DNA of 64,000 bases from a virus. Each line of letters begins with the position of its first letter. Positions within the stretch are counted from its first letter, which is position 1. The DNA is taken from positions 1-64,000 of the IMG/VR virus record IMGVR_UViG_3300046514_000687; one strand, 5' to 3'. Below the pieces are notes generated by a model. The model saw only the letters and a program-made list of their open reading frames with translations. It was not told the DNA's origin and ran no database searches. The translations under genes and the position numbers were made by a program. This document shows, one piece after another, positions 26,276 through 37,163 of this stretch.

Positions 26276-27988
26276 ATGAACCGCTATGGAACGTTCCCCT
26301 ACGGCACGCAGCCCTACGGGTTCCTGCTGGACGCCAACGCCCGGCTCCTGACAGGGATCTACAGCCGGCCGCCGCCGCTGAACCCTCCCACGGTGCCGGG
26401 CCCGCCGGGCCCGACGCCCGTGAACCCGCTGAACGTGGTGCCGCCGAACACGGCACGGCGGCGCACCACCTGCGCGCGCATCTGGTCGTTCGACCTGGAG
26501 AACTGGGCGCTGGGCGAGCCGCTGCCCTCCGTGGCGCCGGGCGCCAGCGAGACCGTGGCGCTAGTCTCCGACCGCTGGGCCGACGCGACGCTCAGCTTCA
26601 GCGTGCAGGACAGCGACCGCTACCTGGACCCCGCCGACCTGGAGCCGCTGGTGCGAGAGGGGCGCGCGGTCGTCGTCGTGCGCCAGGTTACCGACCACCT
26701 GGGCAACACGGCAGTGGAGCAGAGCCCGCCCTACGTGATCCAGGGCGTGCCGAGCCGCAGCGACGACTTCCAGGGCGGCGACTCGCTGGCGATCAGCGCC
26801 GTCGACCGGCTCCAGTACTTCCGCACGCTCGCGGAGTCCAACAACGGGTTCTTCTACATCAAGGGCGCCTGGTGGGTGTTCGCCGCCGCGGCGGCCCTGA
26901 GCATTGTCTACGGCAACGAGGGCCTGCCCCTGCCGGGCATCGAGCACGACGAGGTGCTCGGGGACTCTCACCACAGCTCCTTTCTCCAGTTCCTCCAGGC
27001 GTACCTGCTGGTCCAGCTCGGCGCCGGCAGCGTCCGGGCACTCTGGGACTTCCGCCCCTCCGAGGACATGACGCCGTTTTGGGCAACCGCCTTCGCCAAG
27101 CCGCAGTACTTTGAGAGCCAGGCCGGGGCCACGCTAAGCGGCGGCGGCAGCAGCAGCAGCAACACCACGCCAACGACCGTCCAGCTCAGCTACGGCTCGG
27201 AGGGGTTTATCTTCATCGGCTCACCGGGGCAGCGGATCAGCCACGGCGACATGCTGAACTGGGTGTGGGGCGGCGCTCCCTTTCGGATGAGCTACGGCAC
27301 TGACGGCCACTACATCATCCGCCCCGTGCAGAAGGAGGCGGCGAGCGGGTGGGCCGCGGTCTACCAGCCGACCGGGCAGGGCGGCTTCTACGTGCCGTGG
27401 GAGCGCATGGAGCTGAACCTGTCCAGCCCCAGCACGCGCTCGGTCACCTACCTGCTCACGTTTACGCCCGCAGTTACCCTCGGTGGTGAAGGCGGTGTAG
27501 CGTCCGGGGGAGGTGGCGTAGCGTCGTCCGGCGTGATGACGGCAGCGTTCGGCTATACGGCGGCTGACTGGGCGGCGCTGCAGAGGCTGAACGTCGGCTC
27601 GGCGGTCTCCTGGAACCGGCGCTTCCCGTTTCGTCCAGAGGTGGATACCGCCACCAGCGTCGTTGAGCGGGACGTGGTCACCATTGCTCGCGGCTTCGGC
27701 AACGCCAACGTGGCGGTCTATCCAGGGACCGGGGTGCCGACCAACCCCGGCACGGTCGGCGGCTTCGACGAGTACTGTCGCTATACGCTGGGACTGGTCC
27801 TCGGCCAGGCTGAGCGGATCGTGCTGACTGTGGACTCCGCTGTAACACCGCCCGAGCTGGGCACGACCATGTCCGTGGTGGACCGCCGCAAGGGCATTAA
27901 CGGGACGTATCGCCTGACCACCCTGAGCCGGCCGCTCGGCATCCAGGCGGCTACCTGGTCGCTCAACTGGCTCCGGGACAACGACTGA
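26276..27988 (+). CDS. Putative tail tip / baseplate hub protein
   Basis: Gene order; ISAVDRL; C-terminal P.ELG....V.D...GING.Y.L pattern. Confidence 0.5.
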   Translation: MNRYGTFPYGTQPYGFLLDANARLLTGIYSRPPPLNPPTVPGPPGPTPVNPLNVVPPNTARRRTTCARIWSFDLENWALGEPLPSVAPGASETVALVSDRWADATLSFSVQDSDRYLDPADLEPLVREGRAVVVVRQVTDHLGNTAVEQSPPYVIQGVPSRSDDFQGGDSLAISAVDRLQYFRTLAESNNGFFYIKGAWWVFAAAAALSIVYGNEGLPLPGIEHDEVLGDSHHSSFLQFLQAYLLVQLGAGSVRALWDFRPSEDMTPFWATAFAKPQYFESQAGATLSGGGSSSSNTTPTTVQLSYGSEGFIFIGSPGQRISHGDMLNWVWGGAPFRMSYGTDGHYIIRPVQKEAASGWAAVYQPTGQGGFYVPWERMELNLSSPSTRSVTYLLTFTPAVTLGGEGGVASGGGGVASSGVMTAAFGYTAADWAALQRLNVGSAVSWNRRFPFRPEVDTATSVVERDVVTIARGFGNANVAVYPGTGVPTNPGTVGGFDEYCRYTLGLVLGQAERIVLTVDSAVTPPELGTTMSVVDRRKGINGTYRLTTLSRPLGIQAATWSLNWLRDND

Positions 27989-30666
27989 TGCCGAGAGACC
28001 TGCGCACTATCCTGCGCGACCATCTGCTGTCGATCCTGGCCCAGCGCCAGGAGGCGCTTGCCCAGCAGGCAGAGGACGCGCAGGCCCAGCAGGCTGCGGC
28101 CGCCACGCGCATCGAGACCGCCCCCGCCGCGCAGCCCACCGCTTATCCGGTAACCGACCCCATCCAGCGGACGGAGGCCCTGCCCGTCGCCCAGCCGGTG
28201 CCCACGCGCCAGGGGCCGGACGCCGACCCGCTCGCGCGCACCCAGCCCTCCGGCGTCCCCGCGCCGCCTCCTCAGACCGGCCCGTCCAAGAGCGCGCTGG
28301 ACTTCCAGAAGGAAGAAGCGACGCACGTCTACACGGTCACGCCCGGCATCGGCAACATCAACCCGCAGCTCAGCCAGCCGACGCTCGACATCCCGCAGAG
28401 CATCCAGGACAAGGAGGATGCGCAGCAGCGCCAACAGCAGGAGCAGCGCAGGGAGCCCGAGCCGCCGCCCGAAAAGCCACCGTCCGAGCGCCGCGCCGAG
28501 GCGGCCAAGGAGCTGGAGTCCAACCGCGTCCAGCAGCCTGAGCTGCGCACCCCATCCGCGCCGGTGCCCCCGCCGCCCGAGCCGCCCAAGGCGCCGCCGG
28601 AACCACCCCCGCCGCCCAAGCCGCCCGAGCCCAAGCCGCCCGAGGTAAACCGCTACCTGCAGGAAAACGAGCAGCCCAACGCCGGTGGCAAGGGGCGCCT
28701 AGACCAGGCCGCCATCAGCCGCACCTCTGAGGCCGCGGAGAAGGGCGGCGTAGTCGAGAAAGGCATCAGCGCCATTGAGCGCGAGCAGACCGCGCTCAAA
28801 GAGGGCGTGCCGACCTACACGGGCGCCCAGAAGGAGAGCCTGGAGGCCCACACCGGCGGCTGGAGCGACGAGCGCATGGCGGCGTTCGCGAAGGACCAGT
28901 ACGAGGCCGACAAGAAGATCGCCAAGGACGAGAAGGACACCCTCGACAAGCTGGAGAAGGACAGCCAGGCGCGCGACGCCGAGCCGCCCTGGGTGCGCGA
29001 CTCCGTGGTGCAGGACGACCTCGCCCTGAAGATCGCGCAGATGGACGAGGGTGTGGGCCGCTACAGCCTGACCGGCGTCGCCCAGGACCAGGAGCTACGC
29101 GACCAGGTGTCCGCCCTGTCGCCCGCCGCCCAGGCCGCGATGCAGCCGGCCCTCGATGCTGCCGAAAAGAAGGTGCAGCAGGCCAAGGATGAGGAGCAGG
29201 CGTGGAGCCAGCTCTCGCCCGAGGACCAGAAGACCCGTGCCGCGGCGGGCCTGCAGGGCGGCGCCTACGTCTCCGGCGCCGATGCGGTGCGTGAGAAACG
29301 GGAGGAAGAGCAGCGGGAGGAGGAGCGCAAGGACCAGGATCCGGCCGAGCTGGCAAAGAGCGGCGTCCAGCACCTGATCGACGCGATGGACACGCTGTTT
29401 AAGCCGAACCCGGTCGAGGAGTTCCAGCCCCAGGAGCCGCCGCCCGCCGACCCGCCGCCGGACGAGCAGCGCCCGCCGCCGCTGCCGGAGGAGCGCGGCG
29501 ACGAGGAGCACATCGAGATCCCAGACATCGACACCCAGCCCGACATCCCGGAGCTGGAGGTCACTCATCCGCTGCCCAAACCGTCCTGGGTGGAGCCGGT
29601 CCACGGGCTGAAGATCCGCAAGCCGCCCGAGGAGAACCTGCCCAAGCACCAGGAGCAGCTCGACAAGGCGGCCAGGGAGTTTGGCAAGACCTGGAAGAAC
29701 TACCTGAAGCAGTGCATCTTCCGCAACTCGCGGCCGGTCACTCGCTGGTGGACGGGCCAGGCCACGACACTGAAGGGAGCCCAGGCCAACAGGATCCGGG
29801 TCCTGTTCGACCCGTTCGATAATGACCCGCAGCAGATCCGCCAGCAGGTCGAGACGTTCTTCCCGATCCACGGGAAGCCGCCGGTGACGGTGGAGGTGAT
29901 CTGGATTAGCCAGCCGCCCGAGAAGCGGCCGGAGCAGCCGCCGACGGACAACCTGGTGCTGAAGGCGTATATGTACGGCCAGCAGGAAGGGCCGCCGGTG
30001 GTCGTTCTGACGAAGCCGAAGCCGCCTAACGACAAGCCGGAGTTCCCGCCGCGGCCGAAGAAGCGGCGGGGCGGCAAACTGCCGGATCCCCCGCAGCGGA
30101 CAGCCGTGCCCGCCCACGCGCCTGCCTGGGACCCGCTGCCCTACCCCTCGGAGGCCGGCATCCCCGAGTGGGACCAGTACGACGACTCGGAGCCCTGGGA
30201 CGGCCAGTTCGGGCCGGACCCCAACCCGCCGGTGCACAAGCCGCCGATCCCGCCGTCCTCGCCGCCACCGAACATCCCGCGCGGCCCGGAGCCGAAGCAG
30301 TGGCCCAAGCCGCCCGACCCGCCCGACGACGACGACGGCGGCATGCGACTGGAGTACAAGGCCTATATCAAGAAGCACGGCCAGTACTTCCAGCGCGACA
30401 TGCAGTGGTTCCTGCGGGACCTCCTGAAGAAGGAGATGGAGCCGCTGACGCGCTTCTGGCGGGCGAAGGTCCAGCCGAACGGCGTGGACGTGAAGGCGCG
30501 GACCGTGAAGGTGCGGCCGGAGAAGTGGCCCGGCGACGACGCCGAGCCGCCGACCATGCTGGTTGGCTGGGGCACGCGCAAGTGGACGAACGCCAAGCTC
30601 AAGGGCGAAACCGTCCGCCTTCGCAAGAGTTCGGACAACCGGTGGGTGGTCGATGACCTCATCTAG
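27988..30666 (+). CDS. Large Pro/Glu/Gln-rich protein of unknown function in the tail region
   Basis: TGATG coupling; 892 aa, largely low complexity. Confidence 0.6.
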   Translation: MPRDLRTILRDHLLSILAQRQEALAQQAEDAQAQQAAAATRIETAPAAQPTAYPVTDPIQRTEALPVAQPVPTRQGPDADPLARTQPSGVPAPPPQTGPSKSALDFQKEEATHVYTVTPGIGNINPQLSQPTLDIPQSIQDKEDAQQRQQQEQRREPEPPPEKPPSERRAEAAKELESNRVQQPELRTPSAPVPPPPEPPKAPPEPPPPPKPPEPKPPEVNRYLQENEQPNAGGKGRLDQAAISRTSEAAEKGGVVEKGISAIEREQTALKEGVPTYTGAQKESLEAHTGGWSDERMAAFAKDQYEADKKIAKDEKDTLDKLEKDSQARDAEPPWVRDSVVQDDLALKIAQMDEGVGRYSLTGVAQDQELRDQVSALSPAAQAAMQPALDAAEKKVQQAKDEEQAWSQLSPEDQKTRAAAGLQGGAYVSGADAVREKREEEQREEERKDQDPAELAKSGVQHLIDAMDTLFKPNPVEEFQPQEPPPADPPPDEQRPPPLPEERGDEEHIEIPDIDTQPDIPELEVTHPLPKPSWVEPVHGLKIRKPPEENLPKHQEQLDKAAREFGKTWKNYLKQCIFRNSRPVTRWWTGQATTLKGAQANRIRVLFDPFDNDPQQIRQQVETFFPIHGKPPVTVEVIWISQPPEKRPEQPPTDNLVLKAYMYGQQEGPPVVVLTKPKPPNDKPEFPPRPKKRRGGKLPDPPQRTAVPAHAPAWDPLPYPSEAGIPEWDQYDDSEPWDGQFGPDPNPPVHKPPIPPSSPPPNIPRGPEPKQWPKPPDPPDDDDGGMRLEYKAYIKKHGQYFQRDMQWFLRDLLKKEMEPLTRFWRAKVQPNGVDVKARTVKVRPEKWPGDDAEPPTMLVGWGTRKWTNAKLKGETVRLRKSSDNRWVVDDLI

Positions 30667-33600
30667 TAGGTTCCTCCCCCCTGATGACACAGACCTCGTC
30701 GTCGGCCTCCTGAATGACAACGTCTATACCGACCTCCCCGCCGGCGAGCAGGGCTTTGACCTGATCCACATGGGCCTGACGGACACCCTCATGGCCGGCG
30801 TCTGGGGTGACGGCAACACCATCGACCTCGACGCGCCCCTGAGCGGCTGGGACTCCAGCTACGACGGCATGATCCTGGACCAGATGCTCCATCCCGACGG
30901 GCACTACCTGCCGCGCGACCAGCCCGTGGAGATGGTCCAGGCGCGCGAGATCGATTACAAGCAGGAAGATCACCTCCAGGCCGACCGCGAGCACCAGATT
31001 CAGTGGGAGATGGCCAGCTCGGAAGCCCAGCGCATGAATGACCTGGAAGGGGACATGGAGCGGGCCGACGGGAAGCGGCCCGAGGAGGACCCCAAGATCT
31101 ACGCCCAGCGCCAGAAGCTGTGGCGCCGGGTCCAGATCATCAAGAAGGTCGCCGTCAACGCGGCTGTCCGCGAGGAGCTGTACGGGAAGATCCACACCGC
31201 CATCGACAGCAAGCGCACGCCTGCCAGCAAGTCCAAGCTGGAGATGGAGGAGTATCAGAAGGTCATCGAGAAGTGGATTCGCCACGAGTGGGGGCCGATG
31301 GCCCACGTCGCCCACTCGCGGGTCGGCCTGGTGCTCAAGCTGGACAAGAAGAACCGCCTGGCCCTGGTCCAGATGGTCGAGAACGAGGTCTTCCAGACGG
31401 CCGAGGACGCGTTGATCGAGGCCCGCCGGAAGCTGGTCAGGGACGACAACCAGCGCCAGCGCGACGACACCGAGACGTACCGCCTGCGCAAGATCGAGTG
31501 GGACAAGCACGCGGTGGCGGCGCAGCAGCACCTTAGCGACCTCCAGCTCCACAGCCAGCTCATCGGCCCGGACTCGGCCCTGCTGAAGGACGACGTAGAC
31601 GCCCTGAACGCCGAGTCCGGCACGTTGGAAGCGCTGATCCACGACCTGACGGCCAACGCCGACCTGCGCGTGGACGATCAGGAGATCCTCAACGACGACC
31701 TGCACAACCAGCGCGAGGACGAGGCGATCCTGCGCTCCGACGCGGTGATCACCGCGGCCGACGCGCTGGTGCCGGCGAAGGACAAGGAGATCGCCGACGC
31801 GGACGACGCGCTGCTGGTCGCCACAGAGGCGCGGCGCCACACTCACGAGCTGGCGATGAAGAGCGCGCAGGCCCAGCTCGACTTACTGCAGGCGGCTGGC
31901 GCGGGCGAAGCTGCCATCAAGGCCCAGACGCTCCAGGTGACCATCACCCAGAAGGATATGATCACTGACGAGACGGACCTGTCGAACGGGCGGGCGGCGC
32001 AGGCCAGGCACAGCGCCGAGGCCGCCCAGCACATCAAGGACACCAACAAGCACATCGCCGACGCCGACCAGCACGCGAAGGATCACCGCGACCACACCTC
32101 GGCGATGCAGGACCACCTCCGCGCCGTGCAGCTCCACACCGCCCTCACGCCGCAGCAGCTCGACGCGGTAAACAACGCCATCGCCACCTTCGGCACCCTC
32201 ACCACGCACATCAATACGGACACCCTGCGGCTGATCAACGACACGCTGGATATGGTCGATGACCTCACGCTGGTCTCCGCGGATGCGACCCAGAAACTCT
32301 ACGACGCGAGCCAGCAGCTCGACATGCTGTTCAAGCTGGAGCAGAACAAGGAGCGGCTGCGCGTTGATGCGGAGTACCTGGCCCAGGTAATCATCGACAT
32401 CGAGGCGCTGCGGAAAACGCAGTGGGTGCGCACCGGCGCCGGCACGCCGGTGGTCAAGCACAAGTACATGGTCCACTTCCCCTTCACCCTGACCGCCGCG
32501 CCCACCTCGCTGCTGCGCGGCCCGAAGGCGTGGGACCAGCCCTGGCTCCTCGCACCCGCGGGCCAGACCTGGCTCTACTACATGGGCGTGAGAGACGACG
32601 CGTCGGAGCAGCTCACGCTCTGGCGCGTGGCCCTGCCGCCCAATGACCCGACGTTCAAGTACAAGAACGAAGACGCGACGAAGATCCACCTCCTACCCGG
32701 CAGCCCCGAGGTGCGCAACGCGGGCACCCAGAGCGTGAGCGGACCGGGCATGCAGAGCACGACGCTCTACCTGGAAGAGAGCGCCTTCGAGCGCTCCTCC
32801 CGCCCCGAGATCGCCCCGACGACCTACCCATACCCAACGCTGATCCACCGCTTCCCCGACTTCGGGGAGAACGGCGAGGAGCTGACGATCGTCAAGCCCA
32901 CCAACCCATTCATCCACGCGATGTGGACGAACATGGCGGAGGGTCTGGACACGGACGTCCTGCTCGGCGTGGCGCGGCGTACCGAAGAGCAGCCGAACAT
33001 CACCCCGTACCCCCAGAACCACGGCTACCGCCAGATCCAGGACCTGGCGACTAGTGTGGACGGAGGGCAGACCTGGAACATTCTCCAGCGCGGTCTGATC
33101 ATGGCAAAGAACGTGTCGGTCTTTTACACCGCGGGCGGCTACTGGATTCAGCCGGGCGGCCAGCAGTGGTGGAACGAGGTCGTACTCAACACGGCGGGGT
33201 GGGTCAACGGCGCCGACACGCCCGGCTTCGGAGTCGCCGGCGACCGCGTCGAGACCTGGCTGATTCGCGCGTGGACGGAGGGGCCGCCGGTGCCTGGCGA
33301 CCGGCTCCCCGTGCCGCTCCAGGGCGACTTCCATGCTAACCAGGTGGAGCAGTTCACCATCATGGTCTGGAACACGAAGCACTGGAAGACGCAGGTGCTG
33401 GTGTCTAAGAACGGCGGCTCGCCCACGCCCTACGACTTCTCGCAGCCCGCGGGCTGGGCAGAAACGTGCATCCTGCGACCCACCGGCGACGGCGGGCTGC
33501 GAGCCTACTGGCAGGGGCACGAGCGGCACTTCGTCACGGAGCACCACCTCTCTTCAGACCCCAGCGGCTACTCGCTGACCTACGACGCCAGCGATACCTT

Positions 33601-33883
33601 CCTCTGGGTGGGCGAGCTGCCGGCCGCCAGCGGGAACTGGGCCTGGGAGAAGATCGACATCACGAAGGGGCCGAACCGCATCGTCCACTGCAACCAGGAC
33701 GGCTCGGTCGCGCTCGGCGCGCTCTACGCGGGCAACGACCAGGTGCGCGACATCCAGAGCCACTGGCTCACCGAGGACGGCGGGAACACCTGGCGCCAGC
33801 TTCCCCTGCCGCCCTTCTTTCCGTGGGACCCCCCAAACTACGTTTCCTACCAGATGCAGGGCTGGCTCGTCGACACGCCCTGA
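30653..33883 (+). CDS. Coiled-coil protein with a C-terminal Asp-box (BNR-like) domain; putative tail-tip protein
   Basis: Long heptad-like region followed by SVDGGQTW, SKNGG and TEDGGNTW motifs. Start uncertain. Confidence 0.55.
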   Translation: MTSSSRFLPPDDTDLVVGLLNDNVYTDLPAGEQGFDLIHMGLTDTLMAGVWGDGNTIDLDAPLSGWDSSYDGMILDQMLHPDGHYLPRDQPVEMVQAREIDYKQEDHLQADREHQIQWEMASSEAQRMNDLEGDMERADGKRPEEDPKIYAQRQKLWRRVQIIKKVAVNAAVREELYGKIHTAIDSKRTPASKSKLEMEEYQKVIEKWIRHEWGPMAHVAHSRVGLVLKLDKKNRLALVQMVENEVFQTAEDALIEARRKLVRDDNQRQRDDTETYRLRKIEWDKHAVAAQQHLSDLQLHSQLIGPDSALLKDDVDALNAESGTLEALIHDLTANADLRVDDQEILNDDLHNQREDEAILRSDAVITAADALVPAKDKEIADADDALLVATEARRHTHELAMKSAQAQLDLLQAAGAGEAAIKAQTLQVTITQKDMITDETDLSNGRAAQARHSAEAAQHIKDTNKHIADADQHAKDHRDHTSAMQDHLRAVQLHTALTPQQLDAVNNAIATFGTLTTHINTDTLRLINDTLDMVDDLTLVSADATQKLYDASQQLDMLFKLEQNKERLRVDAEYLAQVIIDIEALRKTQWVRTGAGTPVVKHKYMVHFPFTLTAAPTSLLRGPKAWDQPWLLAPAGQTWLYYMGVRDDASEQLTLWRVALPPNDPTFKYKNEDATKIHLLPGSPEVRNAGTQSVSGPGMQSTTLYLEESAFERSSRPEIAPTTYPYPTLIHRFPDFGENGEELTIVKPTNPFIHAMWTNMAEGLDTDVLLGVARRTEEQPNITPYPQNHGYRQIQDLATSVDGGQTWNILQRGLIMAKNVSVFYTAGGYWIQPGGQQWWNEVVLNTAGWVNGADTPGFGVAGDRVETWLIRAWTEGPPVPGDRLPVPLQGDFHANQVEQFTIMVWNTKHWKTQVLVSKNGGSPTPYDFSQPAGWAETCILRPTGDGGLRAYWQGHERHFVTEHHLSSDPSGYSLTYDASDTFLWVGELPAASGNWAWEKIDITKGPNRIVHCNQDGSVALGALYAGNDQVRDIQSHWLTEDGGNTWRQLPLPPFFPWDPPNYVSYQMQGWLVDTP

Positions 33884-33893
33884 TGGAGGACCG

Positions 33894-35462
33894 ATGACCT
33901 ATCCAGCGACGAAGGAGACGTTTGACCGGCCGGTTAACGCCACCTGGAACCCCGCGCTCAACGCCGGCCTGGGGGGCTGGGAAGGCGGCTCGTTCCCCGA
34001 CGCCGTGGAGACCGGCGCCTGGCTGACCGTCGTGGAGACGCTGGAGGACGTGGTCGGACTAGCGGGCGCCGACCCCGGCAGCGGCAGCCATGAGGCCCGG
34101 CTAAACCGCCTGGAGGGCGACACCGGCTCGCACTTCTCGGTGCAGGACGGCGACGCCACCTCGCCGCTGCTGGGCGACCTCCAGGTGCGCACCGACCTGA
34201 CGCCCTGGCAGATGTTCGGCTATGGGCCGGACGGCTGGGCGCTGGTCGGCGCCGACGCGGTGAGCTTCCAGGGCGTGCCCATCGAGCGCGCGGACCCGAC
34301 CGCAGACGGCCAGGTGCCGACCTTCGACGTCGCCAGCGGCCTAGTGAAGTGGATGGACCCCGGCGGCGCTGCCAGCGACTCGTTCGCCGGGCTGATCACG
34401 GTCAAGGGCATGATGGTGCGCGGCAAGACCGCCGACGGTACCCCGGAGGGCTTCCCGGTGGGCCCGGAGGGCGACGTACTCTCGGTCGTTACCGGGCAAG
34501 CGACCTGGGCGGCGCCCCCGTGGGCGCTGCTGCCGATCGGGCTCCAGCCCGGCGACACGTTCTGGTGGAACGGCACCATCCTCACGCGCCTGGCGCCGGG
34601 CGCGTCGGGGCAGTGGATGCAGACGCAGGGCAGCAGCGGGCCGCGGTGGCATGACCTGCCGGTCAGCTCGCCCGGCTCAGCCATCGCCGCGCCCGCCGGC
34701 AGCGTCCAGGGCAACTTCCTGCTGTTTACGGACCCCGACTGGGACAACTTCGGCAACCCCAGCGACATCTCGCTGGATACCTGGTTCATCCACTGGAACG
34801 CCGGGACGGGACTGCCGGAGTGGGCGCACCTGCCCAGCAGTAGCGGCATGTCTAACCCGATGAGCCACGTGGCGGCCGTGATCATCGGGGGGACGAGCGG
34901 CGCGGCGCTAGAGCTGGTGGCGCCGGTAAGCGGCGACCAGCCGGACAGCGTGTTGGGCCTGACGGGCGGGCAGGTCGCCTGGCACAAGGAGGCCGACCGC
35001 CCCTTCCAGACTTTCAAGGACTGGGTCTATCAGAGTAGCGTGCCGGCTGCGCCCGCCGCGAGCAGCGGGCGGACCTACTGGAAGACCGACGGCAAGTACT
35101 ACGGCAAGAACGCCGCGGGCACCGAGTACGACCTGACGCTCGCGCCCGGCGCCGGCAGCGCGCACGTAGTCCAGGACGAGGGCACGCCGCTCACGGCGCG
35201 GCCGAACCTGAACTTCGTCGGCGCGGGTGTGACCGTGACGGACGACTCGGGCAACAATGCCAGCGTAGTCACCATCCCTACAGGCGGGCACGTGGTCCAG
35301 GACGAGGGGACGCCACTGACCCAGCGCGCCAACCTCAACTTCGCGGGAACGGGCGTGACAGTGACGGACGACAGCGGGAACGGCGCGAGCCTGGTGACGA
35401 TCCCTGGCGCCACGGCCGCCGCCACGGACTACCTCACCGCACTCTGGTACGGGGGGAACTGA
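33894..35462 (+). CDS. Tail fibre-like protein
   Basis: Gly-rich fibre motifs; two ~41-aa tandem repeats (HVVQDEGTPLT.R.NLNF.G.GVTVTDDSGN.AS.VTIP). Confidence 0.65.
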   Translation: MTYPATKETFDRPVNATWNPALNAGLGGWEGGSFPDAVETGAWLTVVETLEDVVGLAGADPGSGSHEARLNRLEGDTGSHFSVQDGDATSPLLGDLQVRTDLTPWQMFGYGPDGWALVGADAVSFQGVPIERADPTADGQVPTFDVASGLVKWMDPGGAASDSFAGLITVKGMMVRGKTADGTPEGFPVGPEGDVLSVVTGQATWAAPPWALLPIGLQPGDTFWWNGTILTRLAPGASGQWMQTQGSSGPRWHDLPVSSPGSAIAAPAGSVQGNFLLFTDPDWDNFGNPSDISLDTWFIHWNAGTGLPEWAHLPSSSGMSNPMSHVAAVIIGGTSGAALELVAPVSGDQPDSVLGLTGGQVAWHKEADRPFQTFKDWVYQSSVPAAPAASSGRTYWKTDGKYYGKNAAGTEYDLTLAPGAGSAHVVQDEGTPLTARPNLNFVGAGVTVTDDSGNNASVVTIPTGGHVVQDEGTPLTQRANLNFAGTGVTVTDDSGNGASLVTIPGATAAATDYLTALWYGGN

Positions 35463-35788
35463 TGGCACAAGTACCGATCCACGTCGGGCACTACGGCGGC
35501 AGCGCGACGAGCGAGCAGGCCATCGGCTCGGCGGTGCCCACGAGCCACACCTGGGAAGTGAAGTGCTGGATCACCAACCGCACGGCTGGCCCGCTGACCT
35601 TCCGCATTCGCCAGGCGTTCGCCGGCGCGGGCGTGGGGAACGAGCAGTACCGGGCCTACGACACCGTGTGTCCGGCGAGCGACCTGATCGCCCTGCCGGT
35701 CTTCACGATGATGGCGTCAGATACGCTGAACTTTACGCAGTCGGCGAACGGCCTGACGGTCATCGCGGACGCGCTGGACGTGACGTGA
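35462..35788 (+). CDS. 108-aa fibre-associated protein (paralogue of 40296..40622)
   Basis: Same length and similar layout (I.N...A...R...A.AGA......YD...P..D). Confidence 0.55.
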   Translation: MAQVPIHVGHYGGSATSEQAIGSAVPTSHTWEVKCWITNRTAGPLTFRIRQAFAGAGVGNEQYRAYDTVCPASDLIALPVFTMMASDTLNFTQSANGLTVIADALDVT

Positions 35789-36726
35789 GTAGCGGCGGCT
35801 TCCTGGTCCCGGCCAAGCGCACGGCGGCTCAGGACATCCTGCGGCGGCGCGGCTACCACGGCCTGCACCTCTCGGATTGCAGCCTGAGCGGCAGCTACCC
35901 CAGCGGCGGTGCGCCGACCGTCCTGACGCGCACCAGCGGGCTGATCTACTTCAGCGACTTTACGGCGGCAGACGGGGCGCTCACCGGGTTCGACTCCTGG
36001 ACGGCACCGCAGGGCACCTGGACCATCTTCTCGAACCAGGCCAAACTCACCAGCAACGGGAGCTTCGACCGCGCGATGCGCCTCACACCGACCTCGACTG
36101 CCATGGTGATCGAGACACGCTGCCAGTACCCTGCGGGCTACCTCGGACACGCGATCATGGCGCTGGACGGCAGCAACTACTGGCAGAGCATCATCGCCGC
36201 GACGGACCGGCAGTTCCGCTCTATCGTGGCCGGCTCAGACGTGGGCGGGCTCCAGAACTCGGGCGGGAACGGGACTGCGGCCAACACCTGGTTCCAGTGG
36301 AAGACGGCCTTCGCGGTAGGGAAGCTGCTCGCGCAGTATGTGAACCGCGCGGCACTCCTCGGCCCGAACTTCAACGACAGCGGGCAGGCGGGCAACTCCG
36401 CCGCCAGCGGCTTCGGACTCGTCTGCTACCAAGCCCAGAACACGCTGTTTGACTCCATCGCGGTCTACAAGTCCACGATCCTCTCGATGGATGGGCTAAG
36501 CGGGTCGATGGCCTGGCGGCTGATGAATGCCAGCAACACGCAGATCGCAGCCTCGCCCACACAATCCGCGGGCGTCGCTAGTAAGGAGATCGGCAACCTG
36601 ATCGACTGCCCGTTCACCGGCTACGTCGAGCTGCACACTAGCACCGCCTTTACCAGCCTGCTCAAGCGCTACCCGTCGACCGGGAACGCCACCGACATCT
36701 ACGGCGGCGACGTCTACCACAACTAG
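35785..36726 (+). CDS. Putative lectin-like beta-sandwich tail protein
   Basis: GTGA overlap; FSDF...DG, GTWTI.SN and C-terminal .FD.I.V pattern. Confidence 0.45.
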   Translation: MSSGGFLVPAKRTAAQDILRRRGYHGLHLSDCSLSGSYPSGGAPTVLTRTSGLIYFSDFTAADGALTGFDSWTAPQGTWTIFSNQAKLTSNGSFDRAMRLTPTSTAMVIETRCQYPAGYLGHAIMALDGSNYWQSIIAATDRQFRSIVAGSDVGGLQNSGGNGTAANTWFQWKTAFAVGKLLAQYVNRAALLGPNFNDSGQAGNSAASGFGLVCYQAQNTLFDSIAVYKSTILSMDGLSGSMAWRLMNASNTQIAASPTQSAGVASKEIGNLIDCPFTGYVELHTSTAFTSLLKRYPSTGNATDIYGGDVYHN

Positions 36727-36738
36727 GAAGAGGGGCTC

Positions 36739-37161
36739 ATGGACGACGCTACCAGCACCGTGCTCATGCGCGAGATGGCCGAGAATCGCCAGAACCGGCA
36801 GCTCGCCCAGCTCTATCAGGGCCTCGCCCGGCTACTGCACGAGGCGCTGGCGCTGCCGGACCAGACGGGCTGCCCTATGGAACCGCTACTGAAGATGGCG
36901 CCCGAGCCGGCGGCTCTGGGCCGCTACGCGGGGCGTCTCGACGCCTGGCTAGAGGTTAAGCGGGCCGAGGCGACAGAGAAGGCCGCCCAGAGGCAGTACG
37001 GGCCATCTGGGGCCTCGTCGCCTCCGCCCACGCTGACCGACGCGGTACGCAACGGAACGCCATCCGACCTCCATGCCGACGCCCCGCCGGCGGGGCGCGT
37101 GGCGGCTGTGCATCCGGCCGCCGATACTGGGGACGGCGGGGCGTCGCCGGAGGGGAGCTAG
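36739..37161 (+). CDS. Hypothetical protein
   Basis: GAGGGG RBS; fills the gap in the operon. Confidence 0.5.
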   Translation: MDDATSTVLMREMAENRQNRQLAQLYQGLARLLHEALALPDQTGCPMEPLLKMAPEPAALGRYAGRLDAWLEVKRAEATEKAAQRQYGPSGASSPPPTLTDAVRNGTPSDLHADAPPAGRVAAVHPAADTGDGGASPEGS

Positions 37162-37163
37162 CT

